DNA of 64,000 nucleotides from Eledone cirrhosa (lineage: Eukaryota). Positions 43,111 to 55,212 of the stretch are shown in pieces. The position numbers and the translations under genes are program-made. Below the pieces are notes generated by a model. That model saw only the letters and a program-made list of their open reading frames with translations, ran no database searches and had not been told where the DNA came from. Location: assembly GCA_964016885.1 (NCBI GenBank), contig OZ024741.1, forward strand, positions 238,700,001-238,764,000. Direction: 5' to 3'. The stretch's first letter is position 1. Each line of letters opens with the position of its first letter.

Positions 43111-43500
43111 AATAGACAAGAATGTATCTATAAAAACATTTGAAAAATTGAGCAAGTATAAGGACCTGGAGATAGAAATTGGAAAAATGTGGAAATTGAG
43201 AACTAAAACAATACCAGTGGTTGTAGGCGCTCTGGGAATGATACCTAAGGGGTCTAACGACTACTTATCGCAAATCCCAGGAAACCCGCGTATAGGAGAA
43301 ATACAAAAGATAGTACTAATGGGAACTGCCCATATACTAAGGAAGATCCTGTCAATATAAGTACATCACAAGTCTAAACACTAAGGATGCATGTGTGAAT
43401 ATGTGTGTTCTTTCTTGAACATGGCGGACCTTTTTATCTCTTGAGGTCACTGGTTGTGACTTGGTGATAACTCGTATAAACATAAAGCAAGATAAATGCA
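43111..43500 (+). mobile_element. Dong/R4-clade (RLE) LINE 3' end, copy 1
   Basis: EKLSKYKDLEIE...IPVVVGALG RLE C-terminus plus UTR, flanked by (TAA)n. Confidence 0.85.
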
Positions 43501-43522
43501 AATAATAATAATAATAATAATA

Positions 43523-44326
43523 GGAGACTGAAGGACTGATTATATCAGCACAAGATCAGTGTCTGCCAACAAAAAATTACCAAGCCAACATAATAAAAAA
43601 TGGATGCAGCCCATTATGCCGTGTGTGCAAAAAACAACCAGAGACCATTGACCATATAATTTCAATGTGCAGTCCTATAGCTCCAACCGAATACCTAAAC
43701 AGGCATGACAGAGCTGCACAATACATACATTGGATAATGTGTAAGCATTTTGACCTGCCCTATCAAAAGAATTGGTGGGAGCATCAACAACCTCCCATAC
43801 TTGAAAAAGATCACATCTCAATCTTGTGGAACTTTAGCATCCAAACAGACCGAAAAATAGATGCAAATAGACCTGATATAATATTGAAGGACTTTAAAAA
43901 GAGGGTATGCCTGCTAATTGATATGTCCGTTCCAATAGACAAGAATGTATCTATAAAAACATTTGAAAAATTGAGCAAGTATAAGGACCTGGAGATAGAA
44001 ATTGGAAAAATGTGGAAATTGAGAACTAAAACAATACCAGTGGTTGTGGGCGCTCTGGGAATGATACCTAAGGGGTCTAATGATTACTTATCGCAAATCC
44101 AAGGAGACCCGCGTATAGGAGAAATACAAAAGATAGTACTAATGGGAACTGCCCATATACTAAGGAAGATTCTGTCAATATAAGTACATCACAAGTCTAA
44201 ATACTAAAGATGCATGTGTGAGTATGTATGTTCTTTCTTGAACATGGCGGACCTTGTTGTCTCTTGAGGTCACTGGTTGTGACTTGGTGATAACTCGTAT
44301 GAACATAAAGCAAGATAAATGCAACT

Positions 44327-44327
<1 letters not shown>
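43523..44327 (+). mobile_element. Dong/R4-clade LINE 3' end, copy 2 (CCHC + RLE)
   Basis: CRVCKKQPETIDHIISMC, RHD, ILWNFSIQTD, NRPDII, LLIDMSVP, KxxKYxDL; sits in (TAA)n. Confidence 0.9.
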
Positions 44328-44390
<63 letters not shown>

Positions 44391-44407
44391 GAAGAAGAAG
44401 AAGAAGA

Positions 44408-44898
44408 AATGGTATGAGCATAGGCCAGAGGCGGTGATGGAGAACAATCAGGTGAAGGTGCTGTGGGATTTTAGGATACAGACGGACAAAAAACTGGAAC
44501 ACAATAGACCTGACCTGGTGGTTGTGGACAAAGAAAAAAGATCGTGTCTGATTGTGGATGTGGCCTGCCCTTTCGACACGAGAGTGCAAGAGAAGGAGAG
44601 GGAGAAAATTAACCGATACCAGGACCTAAAGTGGGAGGTGAAAAGGATTTGGAACTGCCATGAAGTCAAAGTGATCCCGATTGTCATAGGCGCACTGGGG
44701 ACTATCTCCAAAAGTTTCCAGGGATGGTTAAAGAAAATCGGCCCCTTCACGCTTTTTGGAACGCTTCAAAAGGCATGCTTGCTTGGAACAGCAAGAACCC
44801 TTCGATACGTCCTGAATATCTGAGGCTGCAGGTAGTGGCTTGATATTCATTCCAACGGACTTTCCATTTAACCAACATCAATGACTGAGATTCAAGGA
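44408..44898 (+). mobile_element. RLE LINE 3' end, second Dong/R4-like family
   Basis: WYEHRP..VLWDFRIQTD..NRPDLVV..IVDVACP..EKINRYQDL..IPIVIGALG. Confidence 0.87.
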
Positions 44899-44924
44899 AT
44901 AACAACAATAATAATAATAATAAT

Positions 44925-45017
44925 AATTGTTTCTACATTTGGCACAAGGCCAGCAATTACCCAGTGTATTACTGGTACTTTATTTTATCGACCCCGAAAG
45001 GATGAAAGGCAAAGTTA
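44925..45017 (-). mobile_element. SINE family A 3' half within (TAA)n
   Basis: Core and tail only. Confidence 0.85.
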
Positions 45018-45230
45018 ATAATAATAATAATATAATATATATTATATATTATATATATTATATATTATATATATTATATATTATATGTATATATATTATA
45101 TATATATTATGTATATATATATATATATTATATATATATATTATATATATATGTATATATATATGTGTATATTTATATATATATGTATATATGTATATAT
45201 ATATTATATATATATATGTATATATATATG

Positions 45231-45264
<34 letters not shown>

Positions 45265-45336
45265 ATATATATTATATATATTTTATATATATTATATATA
45301 TTATATAAATATATTATATATATATATATATTATAT

Positions 45337-45337
<1 letters not shown>

Positions 45338-45367
<30 letters not shown>

Positions 45368-47996
45368 ACGTTTAACGTCCGTGTTCCACGCTTGCATGGG
45401 TTTGGACGGGGGTTTTTCCACTTGAGGCAAGAGTGATTTTCTTGCTCGCATAGGACTATCTGGCGGGTTTTCTACAGCTGGATGCCCTTCCTAACACCAA
45501 CCACATTTACAGTGTGGGGCTGGGAGGTTTTTACCGTGTTGCCTACACGGCCACATTACAGCGTGGACTGGCTGGCGGGTTTTCTACAGCTGGATGCCCT
45601 TCCTAACACCAACCACATTTACAGTGTGGGGCTGGGAGGTTTTTACCGTGTTGCCTACACGGCCACATTACAGCGTGAACTGTGTGTTTTTTTGTCGTGA
45701 CACCTACACGATCTCATTTGTTTCGGCCTGGATGTTGTGGCACCAACATAACTTTACATTGAAAAGGGCGGTGTGGATGGGGTGGGGGTGGTGGGACGGG
45801 GGTGTATTTTGTTAGAGATGCCTACTGACTGTAGTAGGTTTTACTTTGTATTTAGGTAAGGCGGGTCTTCTCTATTACTGAGTACCGCCAAAGGTCTCGG
45901 TCCAGTGACATTGTCTTGGAGAGGTGTAAGTGTGTGAGGTCGGAATTTATCAGCTCGTCCCAGGTTTTTCTGGGTCTGCCTATTCCGTGGCTACCGTCTA
46001 TCTTTATTGCCCTGCACTTTGTTATACAGCTATCGTCTTTCATGCGCATCACGTGACCATACCAACGTAGTCTTCTCTCGAGTAAACAACATCTGATCCC
46101 TCTTATTTCTAATTTTTTCCTTAGTTCGTTTATGCTTTGCCGTTCACGTATATTACTATTACACATCCAGCGGAGCATGCAAGCTTCGTACCTCTCTAGT
46201 CTGCGTATATCCTCTGCACACAATGCCCAGGTCTCACTGCCATGCAACATTGCTGTTCGTATGCAGGCATCATACAACCTGCCTTTCATTTTTAGGGAGA
46301 ACCCTTTAGCGGCTAATAGTGGTATAAGCTCTCTGAACTTTTCCCATCCAGTTCTGACTCTAGCTACTGTACTTTCAGAGCACCCTCCCCCACTGCTGAT
46401 TTTGTCACCCAGGTAACGGAAGCTGTCCACTATTTCTATAGAACCCTCTGCGCAGTTGAAAGAGCTAGTATTTTGTGGGTACTTGCTGCTACTTATTGCA
46501 CCAGAGCACCGGCGACATGTAAAATCTATGTTCTTAGTTAGCTTACCTGTGATCCCACTACATCTTTTATGCACCCATACTTTGCATTTGGGACACAAAA
46601 TGGAGTTTCTACCTACGCCTTTCCTACACACTGAGCATGGCCACTTCCCGGAAGGGACCGCCGCCTTATTTTCTTTCTTACAAACTAGAACTTTAGTCTT
46701 AGCCAGGTTAATTTTAAGGCCTTTTGATTCTAGGCCGTGCTTCCATGTTTGGAATTTCTTCTCTAGCTCGGCCATTGATTCAGCTATGAGTGTTAGGTCA
46801 TCTGCGTATAGGAGTTCCCATGGGCAACCGGTCTTGAACTCCTCTGTTATAGCCTGAAGGGCAATAATAAATAGTAGGGGGCTGAGAACAGAGCCCTGAT
46901 GGACGCCAACTCTTACGCTAAACTCTTCACTATATTCGTTGTTAATTCTAACCTTGCTGACTGTTTCTTTATACATGGCTTGTATAGCTCTCACAAGCCA
47001 TTCATCAACACCTAGTTTTCTAAGAGCCCACCAGATAATGGAACGGGGGACTCTGTCGAAGGCTTTCTCCAAGTCGACAAAAGCTAAGTATAGGGGTTTA
47101 CTAGGTACTTCTCCTGTAGTTGTACAATGAAAAGAGCGTCTGTGGTACTTTTACCTGACACAAACCCGAACTGCATTTCATCTAGATCAATTCTCTCTCT
47201 GATTAGTTGCGCTATTACTTTTTCCGTGACCTTCATGACCTGGTCGATTAATTTAATGCCTCTATAGTTACTCCTATCTAGGGCATCTCCTTTACCCTTA
47301 TAACAGTTAACGATGATGCTGCTACGCCAGTCCTTCGGAACAACCCCATTCTGTACGACTTGGTTAACTATCCGGGTGACCATGGTGTGTCCCACCGTAC
47401 CAGATGCCTTCAGCATCTCGGCAACTATTTCCGAAGGCCCAGCCGCCTTACCCCTCTTCATATCTTTGATTGCCTTACTTATTATACTACCCTCGACTAA
47501 CACTGCTGGTCCCTGTATTGGTTCGATGTGGGGGAGACTGTCTTTCTCCCGTTTATTCTCCTCATTTAGTAGCCTTTCATAGTGACACTTCCAAGCTACC
47601 TTCTTATCAGTGTCAGTGATGGCAAGTACACCATCATCATTAAGTACACACTTCTCCCCGACAATATCACGGTTTTCCTTGACACATTGCCTAGCAATCC
47701 TGAACACCTCACGTTTTTGGTCCTCGCGTTGTAGAACATGCTTGAACTTTCTTTCCTCTGCTTCCCTTCTTGCGAAGTACACTTGTCTCCTAGCTTCCCT
47801 CCTGGCCACTTGATAGTCTTCTCTGCTTCCCCCATCCCGCCATACTTTCCAAGCCTGCTTTTTGGCCTTAATTGACCCCTCCACCTTACTGTTCCACCAC
47901 CATGTTACTCTCCTCCTGCCTACAGGCCTGCTCCAGCCACAGACTTCGTCTGCCGCCATCAGCAGGTTTGCTTTCAGGAATTCCCACTGCTCCTCT
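45338..47996 (-). mobile_element. RTE subfamily 1 LINE, 5'-truncated (RT, internal PHD finger, 3'UTR, (GAT)n tail)
   Basis: ORFs 47084-47959 and 45852-47072: NYRGIKL, QFGF, EKAFDRV, GVHQGSVLSP, LLYADD, RLRWYGHV, GRPRKTW. One frameshift; a 112-bp duplication in the UTR. Confidence 0.95.
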
Positions 47997-48078
47997 ATAT
48001 ATATTATATATATATATTATATATATATATTATATTATATATATTGTATATATTATATATTTATAGTATATATATATA

Positions 48079-48266
48079 GGGCGGTGGATTGGCAGTATCG
48101 GTAGAGGGTTGGACAGCATGCTTTCCAGCATAGTTACGTCCCCTTACGATCTGAGTTCAAATCCTGCTGAGGTTGACTTTGCCTTTCATCCTTACAGGGT
48201 CGATAAAATAAAGTACCAGTAATCCACTGGGTAATTGCTGGCCTTGTGCCTAAAGTAGAAACAATT
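48079..48266 (+). mobile_element. Full-length SINE family A
   Basis: Complete head, core and tail within (TA)n. Confidence 0.9.
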
Positions 48267-48363
48267 ATATATATTATATATATATATTATATATATATAA
48301 TATATATTATATATTTATATTATGTATATAATATTATATTTATATATATATATATTATATATA

Positions 48364-49441
48364 TCATCATCATCATCATCACCGTTTTACGTCCGTTCTT
48401 CCATGCTAGCATGGGTTAGACGGGTTGTCCTGTTGTGGGCAGTGTCTGGTCGGCTGACCATGCCTTGCTCATACAGGAACTGATTCTGGCTTGATTTCTA
48501 CAAATTTCTACACCAACCTCATTTACAGTGAGTGCTGGGTGCTTTTTTTCCATGGCGCCTACACGTCCACTTTACAGTGTGGGCTGGGTGCTTTTTTGCC
48601 GTGGCACCTCCATGACCACTTTGCAGTGGGAGGGTGTGGGGGCATATTGTCTATATGCTTCAGCTTGTACCCTTGAGAGGTCGGGTACTCTGTATTACTG
48701 CGTGACGCCAGAGGACACGGTCGTGTGTCATCGCCTTTGAGAGGTGTAATTGGGTAAGGTCGGCTTTTATCACCTCATCCCAGGTCTTCTTGGTACTCCC
48801 CACTCCGCTTGGTACTCCCCACTCCGCTGTTTCCATTGACTTCTCGTGCTCTGCACCTTTTTATGCAGCTGTGATCCTTCATACGCATCACATGTCCATA
48901 CTAATGCAACCGCCTCTCCTGCACACAGCATTTGATTCCTCTTATGCTCAGTCTCTCTCTCAATTCATATATTACTATTACATATCTATCGGAGTATGCT
49001 GGCTTCGTTTCTTTCTAATCTACGCAAGTCTTCCACAGTCATTGCCCAGGTCTCACTGCCATGTAACAATGTTCGGATACACGCATCATACAGTCTGCCT
49101 TTCATTTAGAGGGATAAGCCTTTTGCAGCTAGCAGTGGCAGTAGCTCCCTGAATTTCTTCCATCCTGTTCTTACCCTAGTTATTGTACTTTCCGAACACC
49201 CACCTCCGCTGCTAATTCGGTCACTTAGGTAGCAGAAGCTGTCTACTGTTTCTACAGAGCCCTCCCAGAGATTGGTGGTACTTGTTTCCTGTGGCTGTTT
49301 GCTGCTTGCTGTCCCAGTGCAGCTGCTATATGTGAAGCCTTCATTCTTAGTTAAGCACTTGTGTATCCATTGTTCCTACCTACACTTTTCCTACATACTG
49401 AGCAAGGCCATTTCCTTGAGGGGATCTGTGTTCTGTTTTCT
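48364..49441 (-). mobile_element. RTE subfamily 2 3' portion with internal deletions
   Basis: Reverse-complement match to 32440-33088 plus the UTR. Confidence 0.88.
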
Positions 49442-49444
49442 CTG

Positions 49445-49751
49445 AGAAACAAAATGGCGTAGGACAGAACAAAGGAGAGACACAAAAACAAAGAAAAGAA
49501 TCCCCAGTCACTGAAGAGGTCACAGAATGTGTGACGAAAGAACTTTGACAATATATAAACAACTATCTGGTTGTGGAACCAACCAAACAACCAGAAATTT
49601 ATAAATTCCTAAATTTATTATAATAAATTGAAGTGAAATAACTGGTGCGTGTGTTTCTTATTGGCAACATGACTCTCCCAAAGTATAACAATATCGGTTT
49701 CAACACACGATTTCAGATAAAGAATCTTGCTAAACAAATTCAGAAACGAAA
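49445..49751 (+). mobile_element. Family H5 element with an intact HHR at 49507-49549
   Basis: guca CUGAAGA g gucaca gaaug ugugac GAAA gaa CUU ugac; same 3' end as the other H5 copies. Confidence 0.82.
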
Positions 49752-49945
49752 TTATATATTATATTTATATATATATATTATATATATATATTATATATAT
49801 ATTATATATTATATATTATATATTATATTTATATATATATATTATATATATATTATATATTATATATATCATATATATATATATATATTATATATTATAT
49901 ATATATATATTATATATATATATTATATATATATATTATATATAT

Positions 49946-51030
49946 AAGTATGTACACGTACATACATATATGTATACAGATGTACAGTAGTATGTATATA
50001 TATACATACATGCACACATATATATATGTACATATGGATTCACCAAACATTTATTATAATGCTCGGTGTGTTTGTAAACAAACATCCCGTATTAAGCCGT
50101 AGTGTCTAGCAACCATCGTTGCTCGTTTGTTCAACACTGACAAAGCAACGCTGTACTAGTTTCAAGCTTATTAGCTATCGTCAGCAACGTATACCTTTCT
50201 GCCAGATTGATGAACGTATATACTTTCCTTATGCATATTAACGGCTGAGCAGCCTAATTTGCATATCGAGTGAGTTAATCGGCCGGGATACCGAAAACGA
50301 TAAACGGATAAAATGAAACGAAATTTCATTTCCCACTCTTAGTACGGCTGTTATTTAAATATAAGTATGTACACGTACATACATATATGTATAGAGACGT
50401 ACAGTAGTATGTATATATATACATACATGCACACATATATATATGTACGTATGGATTCACCGAACATTTATTATAATGCTCGGTGTGTTTGTAAACAAAC
50501 ATCCCGTATTAAGCCATAGTGTCTAGCAACCATCGTTGCTCGTTTGTTCAACACTGACAAAGGAATGCTGTACTAGTTTCAAGCTTATTAGCTATCGTCA
50601 GCAACATATACCTTCCTTCCAGATTGTTGAACATATATACTTACCTTATGCATATTAACGGCTGAGTAGCCCAATTTGCATATCGAGTTGGTTAATCGGC
50701 CGGCAATCTGGCAGGAAGGTATACGTTGCTGACGATAGCTAATAAGCTTGAAACTAGTACAGCGTTCCTTTGTCAGTGTTGAACAAACGAGCAATGGTGG
50801 TTGCTAGACACTATGGCTTAATACGGGATATTTGTTTACAAACACACCGAGCATTATAATAAATGTTCGGTGAATCCATATGTACATATATATATGTGTG
50901 CATGTATGTATATATATACATACTACTGTACGTCTCTATACATATAAGTATGTACGTGTACATACTTATATTTAAGCAACAGCCGTACTAAGAGTGGGAA
51001 ATGAAATTTCGTTTCATTTTATTCGTTTAT
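49946..51030. mobile_element. Family H12 array: two head-to-tail minus-strand units (417-bp period) plus one inverted unit, three HHRs
   Basis: HHRs at 50148-50190(-), 50565-50607(-) and 50723-50765(+): acguug CUGACGA uagcu aaua agcuu GAAAC ua GUA cagcgu. Confidence 0.9.
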
Positions 51031-51174
51031 TATATATATATATATATTATATATATATTATATATATATTATATATATATATTATATATATATTATATAT
51101 ATATTATATATATATTATATATATATATTATATATATATTTTATATATATATATATTATATACTATATATACAT

Positions 51175-53084
51175 GCTAGAGTCCTTGTAGGAAAAAGTCA
51201 GTGCTACAAATTTTTCTGGGTGGGAAATGATGATGGGATGGGTGGTGTAGGTATCCTACTAGCTGACAAGTGGGTAGATAAAGTAATCTCAGTGAACAGG
51301 GTGAATGCAAGAATCATTAAACTCAGACTAGTCCTGAATAAAACAATTACCTCAATAAGATCAACTTACGCACCCCAATCGGGTTGCCAGACGAACTTAA
51401 GGATAGGTTTTACGAGTCCCTAATGCACACTACTGCTCTAACAAACGACAATGATTTCCTAATCATTGCAGGATATTTTAACGGACACGTAGGTAAATAC
51501 CATGACAGCTCCTATAGAGTCCATGGAGGCCATGGGGTTGGCACAAGAAATGAAGAAGGATTCAGGCTTCTAGAATTCTGTGACGCCAGTGACATGTCGA
51601 TATGTAACACAAACTTCAAAAAACCCAACAACCACCTGATCACCGATAGATCAGGGGAACATTCTAGTCAAATAGATTTTATCTTCATCAGAGGACGTGG
51701 CAGATGGACGGTCGTAAACACAAAAGCCTTCCCTAGTGAGGAATGTACCTCCCAACATAGCTTAGTTGTCAGCGACCTCACGGTCAAGACTAGACAAACC
51801 TGGTAACAGAAGCCAACTTGAAGAAGAAAGATCTTGAAGCCGAAAGACCCCTCAGCCAGTAACAGAGTTAAAGATATTTTACTCAAGGCCTACGACAGTA
51901 AAGAAGAACAGATAGAGACATTCAATGTAAAAGAGTACTGGGACTTCCTAAAAAATAACTTACTAGAGGTGACGGATGAGATATGTGGTTCGAGTAAGGC
52001 CACAGGCAGGAGGAGAGTGACTTGGTGGTGGAACAATAATGTATATGAGGCAGTTAAGGTCAAGAGACAGGCATGGAAAGAATGGAAGAACGGAGGAAGC
52101 AGGGTACGTTACATAGAGACAGGAGGGAAGCTAGGCGACAAGTATACTTAGCTAGGAGGGAAGCGGAGGATAGAAAATTCAAGCATGTTTTGCAACGTGA
52201 GGACCAGAAACAGGTGTTCTAGATTGCGAGGCAGTGTGTCAGAGAGAATTGTGATGTCATTGGAGAGAAGTGTATCCGGAATGATAAAGGTGAGCTTGCC
52301 ATACCAAGTGCTGAGAAGAAAGATGCATGGAAGAGTCATTATGATAGATTACTAAATGAGGAGAATGCATGGGAAGAAGAGACCCTACCCCAAGTAGACC
52401 CTATAGAGGGGCCGGCAGTACAAGTCAGCAGCAGCGTAGTAAGTAAGGCAATCAAAGATATGAAGACGGAGAAGGCAACCGGTCCATTGGGTATAGCTGC
52501 CGAGATGCTGAAGGCATCTGGGTCGGTAGGTCACGCTATAACCACACGTATTGTTAACCAGGTAATACTAGAAGGTGTCATACCAAAGGATTGGTGCAGT
52601 AGCATCATTGTCAACTGCTACAAAGGTAAAGGTGATGCACTAGATAGAGGAAATTATAGAGGTATAAAGCTGATGGACGAGGTCATGAAAGTAACAGAAA
52701 GAGTTATAGCACAGTTGATTAGAGACCGGGTGAAGTTAGATGAGATGCAATTTGGGTTTGTGCCAGAAAGAGGCACCACTAGTGCGCTCTTCCTTGTGAG
52801 GCAGTTACAGGAAAAGTACCTAGCTAAAAGTAAGCCACTCTACCTGGCATTCGTTGATCTGGAGAAAGCCTTTGACAGAGTTCCCCATACTATAATCTGG
52901 TGGGCTCTTAGAAAACTAGGATTAGATGAATGGCTTGTGAAAGCTGTACAAGCCATGTATAGGGGAGCAGTCAGCAAAGTTAGGATTAGCAATTAGTATA
53001 GCGAGGAATTTAGCGTACAGGTCGGTGTCCACCAGGGCTCTGATCTTAGCCCTCTCCTTGTAAGTAGACGAGAAAACAGAACCC
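51175..53084 (+). mobile_element. RTE subfamily 2 fragment: APE endonuclease through RT N-half (pseudogene)
   Basis: GGVGILL, YAPQ, GYFNGHVG, SQIDFI, SQHSLVV, NYRGIKL, DLEKAFDRV; contains stops, frameshifts and a terminal deletion. Confidence 0.92.
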
Positions 53085-54859
53085 AAAGTCACACTTTTAG
53101 CTCTGGGATATTTTTCAGCTACACCTCGATAAAGACTAGATATAGAGCAGTAATGGATGCTTGGAGAAAAGATGGGTACTGCCAAGATTTTCTAAGATCT
53201 GTTGAAATACTGTGATGGACACACTATCAAATGTTTAGACTGGCACCCTAATCACAGGCTGTGCTAGTTGCAAGAACTTGATTGATTGAGGTAGATAGAA
53301 AGATAGCTAGCTAGATAGGTAGGTAAATAGAGATAGATAGCAGACAGATACACAGAAAAATAGGTAAATAGATAGACAACTAGGTAGATAAATAGGAATA
53401 TAAATTGATAGATAGGTAGATAGATAGATAGATGTATGTATTTATTATCCAAATCTGGATAGATACATAAGTTGGTAGCTTATAGATAGCTGTTGTTTGA
53501 CAACTATCTTGTCAATATTGTGAGAGAGGGGTAAGGAGGAAGATAACAAATTACCATTTCCCTAACAAATTTAGCAAATGTCAAGTGATTGTCACTTGAC
53601 ATTTGCATTTTATAAGATACTTGACCACTCATGACCCGTTGGGTCATGTTCACTTCAAAATATTTTTAAAAAATCATGTTCACTTAAAAATAATTTTTAA
53701 ATAATTAAAATATACACAGACATGTATATAATGTGAAATGAAACTGGAATGCCCATATATATATACGTGTGTGTATGTATATATATATAAATGTGTGTGT
53801 TTGTATACATATATATATATACTGGACTCGGGAATGTCACGACAGAAGTTTGTGGAAGTTACACAAATATTTTAGCAGAGCAATCCTTATTTATATTTTA
53901 CATTTTACATTTACTTACATCTCAATATAACATGGCTAAAATTCAAATTTTGCTAAGAGAAGAAAACGGTCAAATGAACTAGATACATCTCACTGTCCCC
54001 ACTACCACAATAACGTCTAAACTCTCTCCCCACCATCACATGTCATTACCATACCATACCCTATCTAGACTAAAGTCATCGACCTGTTGTCAAACTCTCT
54101 ACTCTCTGTTGAATGTATATATATATATGTGTGTGTAACGAAGGAAATGTGGTAAGGAACCAGGTGGACCATAACGCACCAAAGTATTCAATACTTGGGG
54201 TAGTAGAGTGGGTAATAGGAACCAGTAAGACCCCGACAGCTGAGCTCAAGCCGTTTCGACGGCTAATTCTGGACGTGTGTGTGTGTATGTATATGTGTGT
54301 ATATACATCACTCAGTCAAACAACCAGATTTCAACCCCAACATCTACAACGACAACAACACCGGCACTAATGTTTACAGCAACAACAGCTTCAGAATGAA
54401 CTGAAATGAACATTTACAACAATTACAACAACAACAACAACAACAACAGCGGCATCAAAACATAAAAAAAGGAAGGGAAAAGAAAAAAGAAAAGGGGAAG
54501 GGAAAAAAAAAAGAAAAGAAAAAAAAAATTCAAAATAACAAAACACACACACACACACAACACAACAACAACATCAACTGCCACCACCGCCACCACCGCC
54601 ACCGCCGCCGCCATCACCATCACCAGCGACCTGGCCTTAAGAAAACAACTTTAATAATAATTTTTCTGCTTTTGGCACGGATCCAGCGACTGGTCCAGCG
54701 CATCACTGGTACTCTCTTTTGTTGACTCCGTGGGGAGCCATAACTCTATGCTGTAAAGCAATTATAGTAATACTGGACTGTAATACGATCGGCTTCAACT
54801 ATACAAACTCTTGAAAGTCAACAGTTGACATAATCTTGTAATCTTGTATCAGTAATGAC

Positions 54860-55047
54860 GGCGGGGGATTGGCAGTATCGGTAGAGGGTCGGACGCCATG
54901 CTTTGCAGCACAGTTACGTCCCTTTACGGACTGAGTTCAAATCCCGCCGAGGTTAACTTTGCCTTTCATCCTTACGGGGTCGATAAAATAAAGTACCAGT
55001 AATACACTGAAATAATTGCTGGCCTTGTGCCAAAAGTAGAAACAAAT
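54860..55047 (+). mobile_element. Full-length SINE family A
   Basis: Complete head, core and tail. Confidence 0.9.
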
Positions 55048-55212
55048 ATATATATATATATATATGTGTGTGTTTGTGCGTGTAAGTGAGTAGAGTAGCG
55101 TGTGTGTGTGTTTGTTGTATGTATGTGTGTTGCTGTGTGCGCGCATATGTATGCGTGTGTGTGTATGTCGTACGTATAAGTGTCAATAAGTGATTTTTTT
55201 TTTTTTTTTTGC

